From assembly GCA_965644295.1 (NCBI GenBank), contig CBFFRP010000020.1, forward strand, positions 104,087 through 168,086: a DNA stretch of 64,000 bases, in the 5' to 3' direction. Shown here piece by piece: positions 1-13,752 of this stretch. The DNA is from Paraphysomonas bandaiensis (lineage: Eukaryota > Protista > Chrysophyceae). A program made the position numbers and the translations under genes. How positions within the stretch are numbered: position 1 is the stretch's first letter; the number at the start of each line of letters is the position of its first letter. The notes below the pieces were generated by a model. The model saw only the letters and a list, made by a program, of their open reading frames with translations. It was not told the DNA's origin and ran no database searches.

Positions 1-501
1 CTTCTGAAACGGTTCCTGGGCAAAGAGTCTGGCCATGGTAGGGTACTTGTCAACTACGTCGAACATGTACCGCCCAAATGAAGAAACTCGTGATATCATT
101 TTGTCAAAAGACTCGCGAATAGCATCAGGTCCTCCAGTCATTATAAAATGACGGCCAACATCTACCCGTTGAGGGAGGATGCATAATGTACGATCAACAT
201 TAGGAACCAAATAAGGGTGAGAGCATGTGCCATCGCTCTGTATGGGTTGAGCCTCTCCAATATGTTCGTGCTTGGCTTTAAACCCTCCTGTCTTGAGATC
301 AGCATCAATGTTACTTGGAAACTCCGCCATATCACGAATAATATCATTCAGTGCCTTAAAATCATTCTCAGGGATAAAGTTTTCAATATAGAGAGCCGTA
401 TGATTGAGATGATGAGGGGGGATATCGATACGAGGCAGTGTGAAGAGATACCAGTATACTGCCACAGACAATGCGATAACAATACCTGCGATATGCTTCA
501 T
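1..501 (-). CDS. Uncharacterised signal-anchored protein, 5' part; runs off the window
   Basis: Manual translation from ATG 501 is open for 167 codons to base 1: MKHIAGIVIALSVAVYWYLF...CSHPYLVPNVDRTLCILPQRVDVGRHFIMTGG...FQK. Hydrophobic N-terminus. Absent from the ORF track because there is no stop in the window. Confidence 0.75.
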   Translation of the reverse strand, partial: MKHIAGIVIALSVAVYWYLFTLPRIDIPPHHLNHTALYIENFIPENDFKALNDIIRDMAEFPSNIDADLKTGGFKAKHEHIGEAQPIQSDGTCSHPYLVPNVDRTLCILPQRVDVGRHFIMTGGPDAIRESFDKMISRVSSFGRYMFDVVDKYPTMARLFAQEPFQK

Positions 502-1078
502 GTTGTACTCTCTAGAGTTATAAGCAGTCAATAGATTTTGTGGGTAGGTTATGTAGAGGCAGATATCAGCTATACATACCTATGTATGTAGAGGGAGTAT
601 AGCTATACACATTACTGTATATGGAATACTCGAACAGAGATATTATACACATATACAATGCTATACGTATACAGATAGGTATACGTCGATATACTTTGTA
701 CATGATTGCATGCTTTACAGTGCGTACGATATCACAACTCTACGTCGTACAAGTACGAAGTACTTGATTTTTAGGTTTGTATGCAGTAAAGTGGAGTTTA
801 TGGCCCAAACCACACCCTAAAACTAAAATTTTCAGTATAAATTTTTGAGATTTGAGTTTTTTCGGCCATCTATCAAGTGGACTGGAGGATATTGAATAAG
901 GAAACCACTGCATACATTTAAGGTACATTCACTGTCATAAACAATCTGTAGGCTGAAAGGGCACATTCTCTTACGATTGCCCATCAGCCTTTTTTGTAAT
1001 CTACATTGTGATCGTGTTTAATTGGTGTGGAAGCATATAGTTATCGCTGTATTTCGTTTGCACAGATCTCACTGTACG

Positions 1079-2107
1079 ATGAATTTCACCGATCTTTTCA
1101 GAGCATGTGCTTGTGAGATGGAGAGTCATGAAGATCTTCCATCCCAACACTCAGAAGCAGCATCAGCAGTATCGTCGCAATCCACATCTAAAGCCACTAA
1201 TCATCAGGTTGTAATGCATTACAATCTCGGGTGCTCACTTCAAGAAGAAGGCAAGTTCAGTGAGGCGATTGAGAGCTACAAACGCGCTTTGCTTATAGAT
1301 CCAAACTACTGCGATGCTCAGTATAATCTTGCAAATGCCCTTCAATTGTCTGGTAGAGTGAAAGAGGCTGAGGTGGAATATAAGAAAACAATCGCACTCA
1401 ATCCTACTCATCAGCTAGCGTACTATAATCTGGGATACATATACTTCAACGACCTCAAGGATCCGTGGAAAGGAATCGAAATGTTAAAAAAGAGTCTTGA
1501 AATTGATCCTTCTGATGTGGATGCTCAAATTAACATGGCTTTAGCCCTCAACGATCTGGGCATGTTAGATGATGTAATAAACTGCTACCAGTATATCATA
1601 GAACACAATAAAGGGTGTGTCATGGCACACTTTAATCTTGGAAATGCTTATTTAGATGCTGGACGAATAGAAGAAGCGTTGTCGTCCTTTCAGGTACTTC
1701 AGTGTCACTTGATGCTTTTCTTGTTATATATTTTATCCATCCGTTTTATTGACGCAATTGTAGCACGTTGTCATGTTGGACCCCGAGCATGCAGATGCTT
1801 ACTTCAATTTAGCTCTTATGCACCAGGAGCAGGCCAACGACGAGTCATGTACTGGTACGGCTGTATATGTGTATTTCGCCACTATGTGAACATGTAATTA
1901 GTTTTTTCTCCTTGTGAGTTACAATACAAAACACTCTTGTGTTCACTCTTACACTCAGATGAGGTGGTGCGAAAGGCGGAGCTAGGCAAAGCACTCAGGT
2001 GCTATCGTGCAGTTGAGGATCTAGGAGGCAAGGTAGACCCTTCTTTGCTGGAGGAGGCCCGTCGGGCGATATATCAAATAGAAGCTCTACAAGTGTCGCT
2101 GAGTTAG
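1079..2107 (+). CDS. TPR-repeat protein (3 exons)
   Basis: Tandem TPR units (HYNLGCSL...AIESYKRALLIDPNYCDAQYNLANAL...). GT-AG introns at 1694-1763 and ~1855-1958 continue the frame to TAG at 2107. Confidence 0.85.
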
Positions 2108-2429
2108 TGATCTTTCATACTTTGATCTTTAGATACTGGCATGCTGGTATGAATGTACTATACACTGGTTTGCTCTCTAGTATATCTGCGATTTCAGTAT
2201 AGTCGGTGTACTTTTGAATGCGTATCAAAACTGAATTTCTGGTGTTCTATCAGTTGCCTTTTACCGGATCTCTTTTTCGACTGAATTTTATTAAGGTCAT
2301 TATATACGTTTGCTGATCACTTTATATGCATATATTTGTACAACTATGTGCATAGTCCGACAATGTAGTAATAATTAAGTCCATCGGTATTTTTCATTTA
2401 CATACTAAGATTCATCATGTTGTCAAATT

Positions 2430-2585
2430 TAACCACGGGTATTAAGGAGGCTATATCGTCCCGCGCTCAAATTTTTGAAACAAAATCAAAAAGCCCGAGT
2501 TTTAAAATTTAGACGAAGGACAATACCTATTATCCCTAGGTTAAGTTGTTGCTTAGGATTCCTAATATCTAGAATGAATAGGGTA
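2430..2585. repeat. Dispersed repeat, related copy at ~35682-35820
   Basis: Both loci share the blocks AACCACGGG...CCCGAGT(T/A)TTAAAATT...CCTAATATCTAGAATG. Confidence 0.45.
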
Positions 2586-3454
2586 CCTTCTTGTTGTCGT
2601 TGGCATCATTACACGCGTATGTACAATACGCTTAACCTCCGCAAGTGCAGCTGACTCGAATACTGTGTGTATGATATGAGGCACACAATTCTGAAAATCA
2701 CGGCCCTGAGTGGACTTGGCGTCATGCTTCAAATCAACTTTAGCATCTGATGTGGAATATTCTTGAAGTATTGTTTCGAAGTGATTATCGTATTGGCATC
2801 CTTTGTATATTTTTGGTCCAAGATGCCTCATATATTGAGACAACAATTATCTGTATTCCAGCCGTAGTTGTATTGCAATTATATAGAGGAATTTTGATTC
2901 AATATATTTCCGAAAAAGATGCTGACTGCCGATACGATAAGTTAAAATTGCTGGATATAATTAAATTACTTTCTAATGGCTGTCAATTAAGGTAAAGATA
3001 GTTACTGTTTGAACCAAATACTAAAGTTGAGAGTTTATATTTACCCGGTGTCAGCGTTCTGTTGAACCCAATTCAAGTTGAGAATTGAGACAATCATGAG
3101 TACGTAAGAATTCATTTTTATGATATTGATACGAAGTTAATTGTTGAGGAAGCTATTTTCTCAATGCAGATCCATTTTAATCTCAGCTCAGCGACAAGAG
3201 AAACAAATTAAAAGCAGTATTACAACCCATATAGTTCTGACATTCAATACTGAATGTTACACTCATTATTGAGTATTGCGTAAGTGTTTGTATCTGGAGA
3301 CTTTTCTACAATTCTATGAATAATTGCTAGTAAAACGTTATTTGTTCAAAAATTGAGAAATAATTAATGAAGTACTTAGTATCACATATGCATAAATTTA
3401 AACTAATTCCGTGTTGGTATTCTATTCCAATATCAATATCACATGATGATTACG

Positions 3455-3944
3455 TCAGTCATCATAGCTTGGTACCATGTTATAATCAAAGTTATTCCAA
3501 CCCATCCACGCCCCGAAGAGAACAAATGTCGCATAACTTCCAGGAACAAACACTGAGAATGAATAAGTATTCAAATTATGCCCAAATAATTGAGAGAAGT
3601 AACTTACTTATACCACCTAGCATAAGGAAAGTAAAGCCTTTATCTTTCTGTCGTTTACTGTCCCAAAACAATACTGCTCCAGAAATAAGGAATGCCTAAG
3701 ACAATAAGTCAGATTACGTATATATATGTAAATAGCGCCTACCAATCCGACAACAAAGAAAATCAATGCGGCACATGTAGTCTTTGGAGGGGGGAGGGAT
3801 GAGAATGACGTCTGCATCCGGGTACGTTGTCTTAACAGCGACCCCTCTGGGGCCTATTAACAATATAATAACCTGAGTGTAGAAGATATATATGTATCTT
3901 ACATCCATCTGCATTTGCCTCATTGGTCGTCGCTCCGCTTTCAT
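3455..3944 (-). CDS. TMEM230/TMEM134-family small membrane protein (spliced; start uncertain)
   Basis: Spliced translation gives ...PPPKTTCAALIFFVVGL/AFLISGAVLFW...GFTFLMLGG/FVPGSYATFVLFGAWMGWNNFDYNMVPSYDD*. Two TM segments and the family-typical C-terminus. Confidence 0.7.
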
Positions 3945-4361
3945 GTACAAATGCTCTTCCTCAGAGCGCTGAAGCTTCTCTTCAAGATCCGTTGAAATAT
4001 TAGAAAATAGTTGAGATCTATTTCTATATAGCAGAATGATTGTGATGAGGAGGTGACAGCCATGTGAGATCAGTTCATCTGTGCGTGTATTCCTCCTACG
4101 ACTACGAATAATACCAACAAAAATCACATATTTATTATACGTACATTACAAGTATATTTATAGCACTATAAATACATAGAGTTTTAGCAGTTTATATTTA
4201 GAAAACCCCTATTTTCGTATACCAAAGTGAAATATGGCTTTTTAAATTATTGAATTTGAGGGGGGTTGGTAGATAGAAGCGCAGCTCTTGATAGTTAGTG
4301 CTGTTAATATTCATTACCACCATTGGCTAGCTGGCAGAATTGGGAGTTGAATATATCTGCA

Positions 4362-6080
4362 ATGAATGGTATGTGTGTGATCTATATGACTAGAGGTAAC
4401 ACGTGTGTATAGAGGTACTTCCTCGTGTAAGAGTTCCCGATAGCTGTAAGGGAGTAGATGTAATAGTGGGTATAGATGAAGCAGGACGTGGACCTGTACT
4501 TGGTGAGCATATTGCTGAATATATCATATAGCCCTATGTTATTGGTGTTATAGGGTCTCTTGTGTACTGTGCAGCCTTCTGGCCAGTATCTGAGCATGAT
4601 GCTATAAACAAACTGGGATTTGATGACTCGAAAGCTCTGAAAGAAGGAGAGCGTGAGAGGTAATGTTGAATGATGATAGATGTTATATTGTACTCGAACT
4701 CATTATATTCTGACAATATTTTACTTTTAACCATTGCATTTTCGGCGCATATTTACAGGCTTTTGAAGGGAATCGCTGACCATCCTTCTATTGGCTGGGT
4801 AATCGAGGAGATATCCGCGAAAAAGATATCTGAGGTATTTGGTTTGTGTGTCTGGTTGTTATTATTGTTTATGATTCATCATCGATATATTTCACTAACT
4901 GTTGGGATTAATGCCTACCTGTATGTTGATTGCAGAATATGCTAAAGGCGAATCCTATATCTCTTAATGCAGTGTCATTTGACGGTGTCGTGCGCATGCT
5001 AGAAACTATTAGAGATACACCTAATGCTCCTTCTGTGCAGCACGTATACGTTGATACCGGTGAGTGCACATGCCTTTTCTATCCACGAGGCATAAAATAG
5101 AACTGTTGATATCTAGTGTGTAACGGTGCCCGCTTCTAACAAAGTGTATGCACAGTTGGTGACCCAGAGTCCTACCGTTCCCGGCTCGTCTCAGCAATGG
5201 GAAATGAATTCTCTGCCGAGGGTTTCACGGTAGAGAAGAAGGCCGATGCCACATACAAAGTTGTCTCCGCTGGTAAGTTGTTTGACGATATTATCCATTG
5301 TTTTCCATTGGCGTGACAGTAGTAATATGTTAATACATTTGTGTTGGAATTTCTTACTATGGTTTAGCAAGTATCATTGCAAAGGTAACTCGGGACACGC
5401 TACTAGAAAACTGGTCATGGTGCGGTAAGATTTGACATTTCCCTGCTCTAGTTGCCACAATGTATTCACTCCATCTTCGTATTCTGCACGGATTGCTCTG
5501 TAACGTGTATTTCCCTCCTCATATATATTTAGGAGTTTCTCTGAGTAAACCAGGGGCACTTGACAAGTTATACGGATCTGGCTATCCCGGAGATGAGCGA
5601 TGCGTACAATGGTGTGTTCATGAATGTTAACTTTTCTTTTTGCTTTTATGAATATTTCGCGTAGTGGTTTTCCTCTGTCTTTATATGTTCATTTTATTAT
5701 TGTCTTATAAGGTTGGAGCGGTCAATTCACCCAGTGTTTGGATATCCTTCGGAGTTAGTGAGATTTAGCTGGTCGACATGTAAGGAGGCACTGGAAAAAT
5801 ATGGCGCTGTTTCTGTAGAATGGTGAGTACCCGTTTTGTTTCTTATCCGTGCGCATTATTTGTGTAAGTCTAACTTCACACTCTACAGGCCATGCGATGA
5901 GGAGGAGAGGCAGGGTGCGGATATCACATCGTTCTTTGGTGGTATGTTAATTACTTTTGTGGCAGTGCTTTCCTTCATCTCTTTCGTCTAGGTGGAAAAA
6001 AGCGAAAGAAGCGTAATGATTTTTTCTTAAAGCGGAAAATGAAGCATATTACATCCTCCGATTTAAGTGGAAATAGATAA
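4362..6080 (+). CDS. RNASEH2A: Ribonuclease H2 subunit A (multi-exon; start approximate)
   Basis: Exons encode GIDEAGRGPVLG, FDDSKAL, VYVDTVGDP, KKADATYKVVSAASIIAKVTRD, GSGYPGD and VRFSWST, all RNase HII signatures. Stop TAA at 6080. Confidence 0.93.
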
Positions 6081-7199
6081 TGGGGCCATGTACATACGTA
6101 GTATTTTATACCTTGTCGTACAGGATGAATAGCAAGCGACATTTATCGTGTTGTTGCAGAAATATAAACGTAAGCGTCGACATGAGAAAGATGTTTCATT
6201 TGATGTAGATTTTGACATCAACATAAATATAACAAATTACTTAGTGTCCCGTTGAAGTAGCTGCAGCAATTGCAATTGTATAAGACCGTAGAAAACATAT
6301 AGCAATATTCTGTTCAATAATATAAATTATTATATATTATAAAGTATATTGTACAATGTATTGCAATTCAATATATTGTTTCCTAGCCCTGTTATATTAT
6401 ATACACTGTTCCCTCGCCCTATCTAAAAGCTACATTTCGTAGTCTTTCTTACTTCTTACTAATTCGTACAATGTGGGAAATCTGTCGTGAGTTCACTGTA
6501 CGAACACTACTCCAAGTATTGGTGTGGTGGTACCATTTCAAGTGTAAGGCCTTGCCTAGACATTACACATTACACCGCTGGGTACATTGCAGGTTTCTAC
6601 CTCTGGAATAGAAACTATACGCCCTCCTGCGTCATTACGGAACGCCTAAAATGTCAATTCTAGCACCATTAGAATTTTGCAGTATTCTGTGCATATCTAC
6701 CGAAGATTGTGCAAATTCGTCAGTGGGTGCACTTGCAATGTCATAAATATAGCCCGTAATACTTCAATGGATCTACCCTTAGGCAGCACAACGTATACAT
6801 TATTGTTTTCCATATTGTATGACACATGTACTCTTGTAATCCATTTGATACTAATGATACGAATGGTAGGGAAGTATAAACTCTCACAGTCTCAAACTAG
6901 AGGAAACGGTACCTTATATAAAGATGTATAGGGGCTGCAATGCACATTATACACATTTTGTGCTCTAATAGTTGTCTTCCAATCAACCTAGCTGTGTGCT
7001 TCTTCCAGATTTCGAATCTTTGTATGATCTTGCTGGTGGTCATATAGTGTATTGCAGTGTGTGTGTATGATATTCGTAGCTAACTGTCAGGCTGCTGTAT
7101 ATATGTATATAGCAGTATTTCATCTCTATAGGTATACACCTGGTAGTACAGCAGTATACAGGAGGGTGTTGCAATGTTCGCTCGGATGATATCTATGTA

Positions 7200-7380
7200 C
7201 AGGGGGTGGTTGTGCATATCGATTTCATCGATTTGTTCATCGTTTATTTCATCGAAAAATCATTGCTTTTTCAGTGAAAAGTAAAAAAAAGTGACTTTTT
7301 GATGAAAAAACGATGATTTTTCGATGAAATAAACGATGAACAAATCGATGAAATAAATCGATATGCACAACCAACCCCAG
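7200..7380. mobile_element. MITE-like inverted-repeat element with TA target duplication (Tc1/mariner-type)
   Basis: Imperfect inverted arms of ~70 bp (CAGGGGGTGGTTGTGCATATCGATTT...AAATCGATATGCACAACCAACCCCAG), flanked by TA at 7198-7199 and 7381-7382. Confidence 0.75.
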
Positions 7381-7581
7381 TATAGGGGTATACGTATATA
7401 CTACTGTTGTATGCTGAATCTACAGTACATATGTGTGTATGTATATGTCTGCATAGTTGCATTGTTGCATACAGCAGCAGCGACCTGCATATCAACCTCA
7501 TCGCTCTCATTACTACATCATCTCATTGCACAGCAACTACTCTACAATTAAAGTTGTTAATCTGTGTAAATTGTTCTTGAA

Positions 7582-10500
7582 ATGAGTGAAAATATTGTTA
7601 ATGGTAATTATATTCCTTCATATCCCCCTGAAAGAAATTTCTATGAGGGTCTTTGGAAATATGCGAATCCTACAGGAGGAGATACTCTTCCCGGTAATGC
7701 TGCTGTACCTTTCTTTCAAAAATCAGAAGTAGATAAAGGAATACTTCGTCAGGTTAAGTTGATTGATATGTATATAGTGAACTGTAGTCACACTGTATTC
7801 AGATATGGTCACTATCTGCGCCATCGAATATCATGAAGAAAGAAAACTTCTTCACTGCGATTCGATTCATTACAATGGTGCAGAATGGAGATATTCCCAT
7901 CTCTACTGGTTACTATAAATTATGTATTAGTTTATTGTGAATTGATGTGTGTATACAGAGAAGTTGATATCTTCGGCCAACACGCAACTTCCTCCACCGA
8001 AGTTTACTGGGGTCCAGCTTCCACGTAAGTGCCTATACTTCGCTCTAAGCGGGTATTAACTGCAGGTTTATAGCTGCTCCGGGACCGGGAGGGCCTCCTG
8101 GGCAGCTTCCCCCTCCTCAAGCTTATGCTGTAAGTCCCGATGAGAGGACGAAGTATGAAGGACTGTTCAAGACCTATGATAAGGACAAGACCGGGTAAAC
8201 AACAAAGCACCATGTGAATTGTACTAACTTATATTTGTGGACTATTACTTTATTCTATACACCTTATCTGTCATATCGAATCAGGTTTCTTCCTCAGGCA
8301 CAAATTATGCCTGTGTTTATGAAGTCAGGGCTAGATACTCAGGTATTAAGATCTACTTCGCAGTATGTTATATTCAATGCAGAAAATATAAATTATGACG
8401 TCTCAAGTTTCTTTTTGTGTGCAGTTATTGAATGCTGTGTGGCATATGTCTGACCACGACAAAGATGGAAGATTGAATCTCCCGGAGTTTATAGTAGCGT
8501 TTCATCTCATACTCTGTATCAGGTTAGTAACGAGAGACTTTCAGTTGTGTATATATCGTAGAATGTTTTTTTAATGTGTTTAATCTTGGATGCTTGGAAG
8601 TAATCTCTTATATCAACGGCACATGCATCACCTCATGCAGTCGTTTTCTTATTTTCTGCACAGCAAGAAGCGCCTGCCGTTGCCACCTGGGCTTCCACCA
8701 CCGCTCCTTGCTTTGTTCCAGCCTGCTCCCCCAGCATCCACACAGCAACCCCCTGTATCAACCCCCTCCCCAGTTCCGGTGAAGCAGTCAGTGTCAGATG
8801 CATTTGGGGATGTTGAAGATGATGTCAGTGTTGGCTCAGCCACAGGATCACTAGGTACTCATATTATTTAACCTACTGATGTAGACACACTGTGTGTTAC
8901 TGTGTCAGCAGGCTTCCAAGAGAACATTGCGTACTTGTCTCAACAGAATATTGATTGCTTTATATTTTCCTTGTCATTTCAGGGGGCTCTTTGGGAGGGT
9001 CTACTGCTGGTTCCTTTCATTCCGCGCCGTCCGCTCACAAGGACCGTGCACCCGTTCCTGCAGCAAACGCCACCCAGCCTCACCATACCCATCAATCGGG
9101 AGGCGGAGTGCAACACGGCCATAGCTCCTCACTTCCTTCACCTTCTAGCACTACATCGGGACCGGCTACCTGGGGACGCAGCGATTCGGTCAAAGATAAG
9201 GAGCAGGTACAATACGATTACATATACATAGCATTGTATATATATGATTATTTACACTGTTGTGGAGTAAGTAGTTTTGTTTTGGACTTTAAGAGTCACT
9301 GTGAATTGTCTTATGGAACTGTTTTGTATTAGTAGCACGACGTGAGGATGTGTGTGTCAGGCGCTTGTGTTGAGTTGCACGTCTAACTTCTAAACGTCAT
9401 ATATAGGGTGAACTGACTGACGGTGTTCAGCAATTAGCTGATGCCGCGAAACGAATGCATTCTGCACAGCAAGATGCAATGGAGGTAGATGCCGATTGTT
9501 TGCCGTGTTGTTAGTATCACATATATATGCTGTCACTCTTGATGTCAGTTGCGTGTTATTCGTTGTCTATGTTCTATGTAACCAGTATGTTCTTTGATCC
9601 AGATATCTCATGGAATGGGTGGCAATTTGAAGTATCTCATGCAGCGGGTAGCCACAGAGAAAATATCTCTTACAGCAGCTTTGGGTACAGTTGAGCAGGA
9701 TGTACAGGAGACTCGAGAGAGAATCCAAAGCACTGTTGATGACATAAATGGTCCGTCATTGCAATAGTGATATCCTTGGAAATGATATGCGTCATCACCA
9801 ATCAGTTACATCTTCACATCTATTGCATCATACGTATTTCATTCACACGCATTTGGTTCTACGTCGCGCTAATACATAGTGTTACTTTTAAGGCCTTCAA
9901 GACGAGATGGAAGAACTTAGAAAGCGGTTGCTGGCGGCATATGAAGCCAAGTCTAAAGCGCAGGTAAAGTTGACTGATATTTGTCCATGCGCTGCTATGT
10001 ACTATTGGTCCGTGTAATTTAATCCGTACATTCGCATACAGAACGATGATTCTCAGGCGAGGGCGGAAAAACAACGACTGATGACTGTCATCGCGGTAGG
10101 AACATTATATGATTTTCGTAAACGATGTACTCCTCCATAATAGAATCTCATAATCTTTACCATACTATTTTGTCTGACAAGTGCACAGGAGGGACGTAGA
10201 GAACTTGCAGCACTTGTTGGCGAACAAGTCCATGCGAGCAATTTGGTAAGTGTGCTCAATATCAAACTTTTACTGTTGATATCATTCCTGTTTTCCTTTA
10301 CTTTCTGCACAATTGATGCGTAATATGTATACAGTTGGGACAGATGGGTGAACAAGTAGCTGCAGCCGCTGCTGAAAACGCGCGCCTTGCTTCTGCAAGT
10401 GCTAGTGCCTCTATGGAAACCGCAGTGTTGACAGCAGAACTTGAAACGCTACGGAATGTATTGGCCTCGATCAATGAGGATAAGTAAGTATATATTGCCG

Positions 10501-12193
10501 TGACCTTAATGTCGTAAGTACTATGCTTTGCCGTATACTTGCACGTAGCTAATAGGCTTGTTTTACATGATTTTCTTTTACATGGACTTGACGTTGTGTT
10601 TCTTCATTTATTCAGGGAACACGCAAGCTCATCAGTCAAAAAACTTGAGGATAGTCTCACTGAAGCTCGTGGTGCTCTCGAGAAGGAAAGGAAGGCAGCT
10701 GCAGACCGCTCCATGGAGGTAAATGCAAGTCTTTGTAGCTGCGTTTTTGTGAAGAAATTAACAATATTAATGTAACGACGCCCGCTTCACTAACCACTAT
10801 TATTTGATAGTTGGCTGCTGTTGAAGCTGAAAACCAGCGTCTTCGTGACGAGATATCGGCAACCATGAAAGATCTTGCACTTGCGAAAGCCGTCGCAGCC
10901 TCAACTCCCATGCAGAAACCCACCACCGCACCGCCACCAGTTCCAGTTCGTCCTTCTTCTCCTCTAGCCCAAAAGGCCGCGCCTGTTAAAGGCAAGTCGT
11001 TCCAGGATGATAACATGAGTACGGCCAGCACCGGATTCGGAGGCTCTTCTGTAAATGGAGGAATGGATGATGATGCTTTCAGTGGCGTTTCGGGGTCCTT
11101 CTCTAATCAAAACGTGGGTAAAGACAATGCTTTTGGCGGAGAGGATGGGTTTGGATCTACTACAGGGTCGGACTTCGGTTCCACGGCCGGATCTGCATTT
11201 GCAGAAAGCACTGCGTCCCCAAAGCAGGAAACACAATTCGAAGCCCTTGACGAGACTGGATTCGATGATTTTGGGTCAAACAAGAATGATGACGGGTTTT
11301 CTGCGGGCTCTGGATTTGGTGACTTTGGTGCAACGGACGCTACCAATCCGGATTCAAACTCTGGATTTGAAGAATCATCCGCGAAAGCCGGAGATCATGG
11401 ATTTGGTGCAGCTGATTCTGGATTCGGTGACTTTGGGGACTCTAGTAATACTGCCGCAGACAGTGGGTTTGGTGATGCTGGATTTGGATCAACCACAGAC
11501 TCCGGATTTGGTGACTTTGGAGAAAACTCTTCGAAGGCCGCTGATAGCGGCTTCGGAGATTTCGGCGAATCTTCGCCGAAAGCTGCAGATGCCGGGTTTG
11601 GCTCTGCTGATGATGGATTTGGTTCCACTGCAGACTCTGGTTTTGGAGATTTTGGTGATAACAAGACTGTTGACAGTGCATTTGGATCCGCAGATGGCTC
11701 CGGATTTGGAGATTTCGGAGGATCTTCGACTAAAGCTGCAGATGACGGGTTCGGCACTGCTGCTAGTGCTGATAGTGGGTTTGGGGACTTTGGCGACGAT
11801 TCGAGCAGCAAGCCTGCTGATGAAGGCTTCGGCGACTTTGGATCCGCAGCTTCTACAGAAAACGCGGCTTCTACAGAAAAGCCCGATGCTGGTTTTGGAT
11901 CATTTGGAGATGATTCTTCTGCTGCAGCATCTGGTGGGGATGGCTTTGCAGCATTTGGTGATTCGACTCCAACACCGGCATCAAACGGAGATGGATTCGG
12001 AGCGTTTCCAGACTCAGGGTTTGGGGCATTTGAGGACACTGCAGGAGCTACACCATCAGGAGATGCCGGGTTTGCATCCTTTGGAGATGACAGCGGATTT
12101 GGAGCCTTCGGAGATGCCCCTGCTGACAGCGGTGATGGTTTTGGAGCCTTTGATGATTCATCGAATAAGAGCAAAGGCTTTGATGATTGGTAG
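7582..12193 (+). CDS. Eps15/synergin-like protein: 2 EH domains, coiled coil, long FGDF-repeat tail
   Basis: EH1 (FFQKSEVDKGILRQIWSLS) and EH2 (FMKSGLDTQ/LLNAVWHMSDHDKDGRLNLPEFIVAFHLI), Pro-rich linker, coiled-coil exons. Last exon 10811-12193 carries DSGFGDFG repeats. Confidence 0.85.
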
Positions 12194-13089
12194 GTTCAGA
12201 GCGACAAGCAAGAAACGATATAACCGTGTTCGAAAGTTATTACGTTCTTTTTAGCTGTCAGGGCGTTAATCTAGTACTGCTCTAAGTAAGAAAGTGGTGA
12301 TCACCTTTATAGCTATTAAATATTTACAAGAAAGCGGCTACTACATCAACATTTGACATATATATTAGGATGGTGAAATAACTTATGAAACGGAACTTGA
12401 ACTCGCGCAATATAATCAAGTAGTAGAAATATATTCAACATCTTTATAATCATTTATTGATATTCGCTACAAATATTTTCTCTCAATTCTCAATTATAAT
12501 CAGATCTCATATACACAATCTTATACAGTAAAAGAAAGTATTTCAGTTGAAACCTATTCCGGAAATTATATTTTATAGCATTCCTAAATTCCATTAGGAA
12601 GTATTAAATAATTTTTTTCTATATTATTATATATATAATACAAAATATAAAGTATATTTTAAATTGATAATTGATATATATTATTATATTTACATCATTA
12701 AAGTTATTACAGTAGTTGTATTACTAATTTAGTCGCTGGAGGAAAAGGAAGAGAATCACAGAAATAATGCCTATGCTGAAAGCGCTTCCCCCCTTCTATA
12801 CCTTGTGTGTCACAGTACATTACATTGAGATTCGTCACATCAGAGATAACTCCAATCATCAAGTTGTATTGCTTGAATCAAGAACAACCTTCTCATTATC
12901 ATGTCGTAGAATTCTCGAAATCTCCACTAGCCTAAGTTCATACCCGAAAGATCAAAGAACTCCTCTGGAACAATTGTTTTTCACTGAAGTCGGGCATATC
13001 TTTATCTTCTTCCAGCCTCCAGTGATCTGCGGAGATATTTCCCCGCCGGGAAAATAACGTGAGCAGCAGATAATTTTCTGCACACTTAT

Positions 13090-13375
13090 AGCCCAAATGC
13101 ACACTTAAACAGGCATCCGGGAATGAGGCCACCTCAAGGGCATCCGGGGTAGTGGGCTGCCTACTGAAGTCAAGCATCAGGGCTGTTCACCTTAAGGACA
13201 GAGAGCGATAGAGCGAGAAAGGTTGCATTTTGGTGTTTGCGGTGACGCACAAGCAGAGAGTAGGATACCAGAGTTAAGCGTGAGTTAGTTAAATCGTTTT
13301 GTTACATTAGCCTAGACTCTTACACGCCTATTGCTAAAAATAGGACATTCGCTATCACTAATCACTATATACTAT
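13090..13375 (+). repeat. Unclassified dispersed repeat family, copy 1
   Basis: Blocks GAGCGATAGAGCGA...ACGCACAAGCAG...CAGAGTT(A/G)AGC...GACTCTTACA(C/T)GCCTATTGCTAA recur at ~28680-29095 (+), ~25390-25700 (-) and ~41825-41950 (-). Confidence 0.7.
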
Positions 13376-13752
13376 ATGCAATATTTAAAGGGATTTCTTA
13401 GATTTTTTTATTTTTCTCATCCCACAAACTTTCAATTTTCATTAGTTCAAAAAACATAATGCACGCACATCTTCAGTTTACGTCTATCCGTTCTAATTCT
13501 TACAAAACTGCATAATATTATTCATAGTGTAGTGTGTAGTAATACCATCCATATTTAAATATTAATGGATATTCCAAAATTACGCAATACCCAATATACT
13601 ATACCCTTACCGATAAACTGCACACATTCGGTGATCCAATAAATGAATTACTTGCGTGACGAAAACAAATAGTACACAAGACGTTTAGAATGAAAAACAT
13701 GTGAAGTAGTTGTGTTTAGGTTCCGGATAAAATGGAACTCCAACACTCCTAT

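Noticed and set aside
5905-5940. PIP-box-like QGADITSFF at the RNase H2A C-terminus
   Set aside because: Spacing is not canonical and a similar ITSYF segment exists in other eukaryotic RNASEH2A; not novel.
11055-12254. Long alternative-frame (399 aa) and antisense (259 aa) ORFs over the FGDF exon
   Set aside because: Explained by repetitive Gly/Asp/Phe/Ser codons that lack stops in other frames; the products have no protein-like features.
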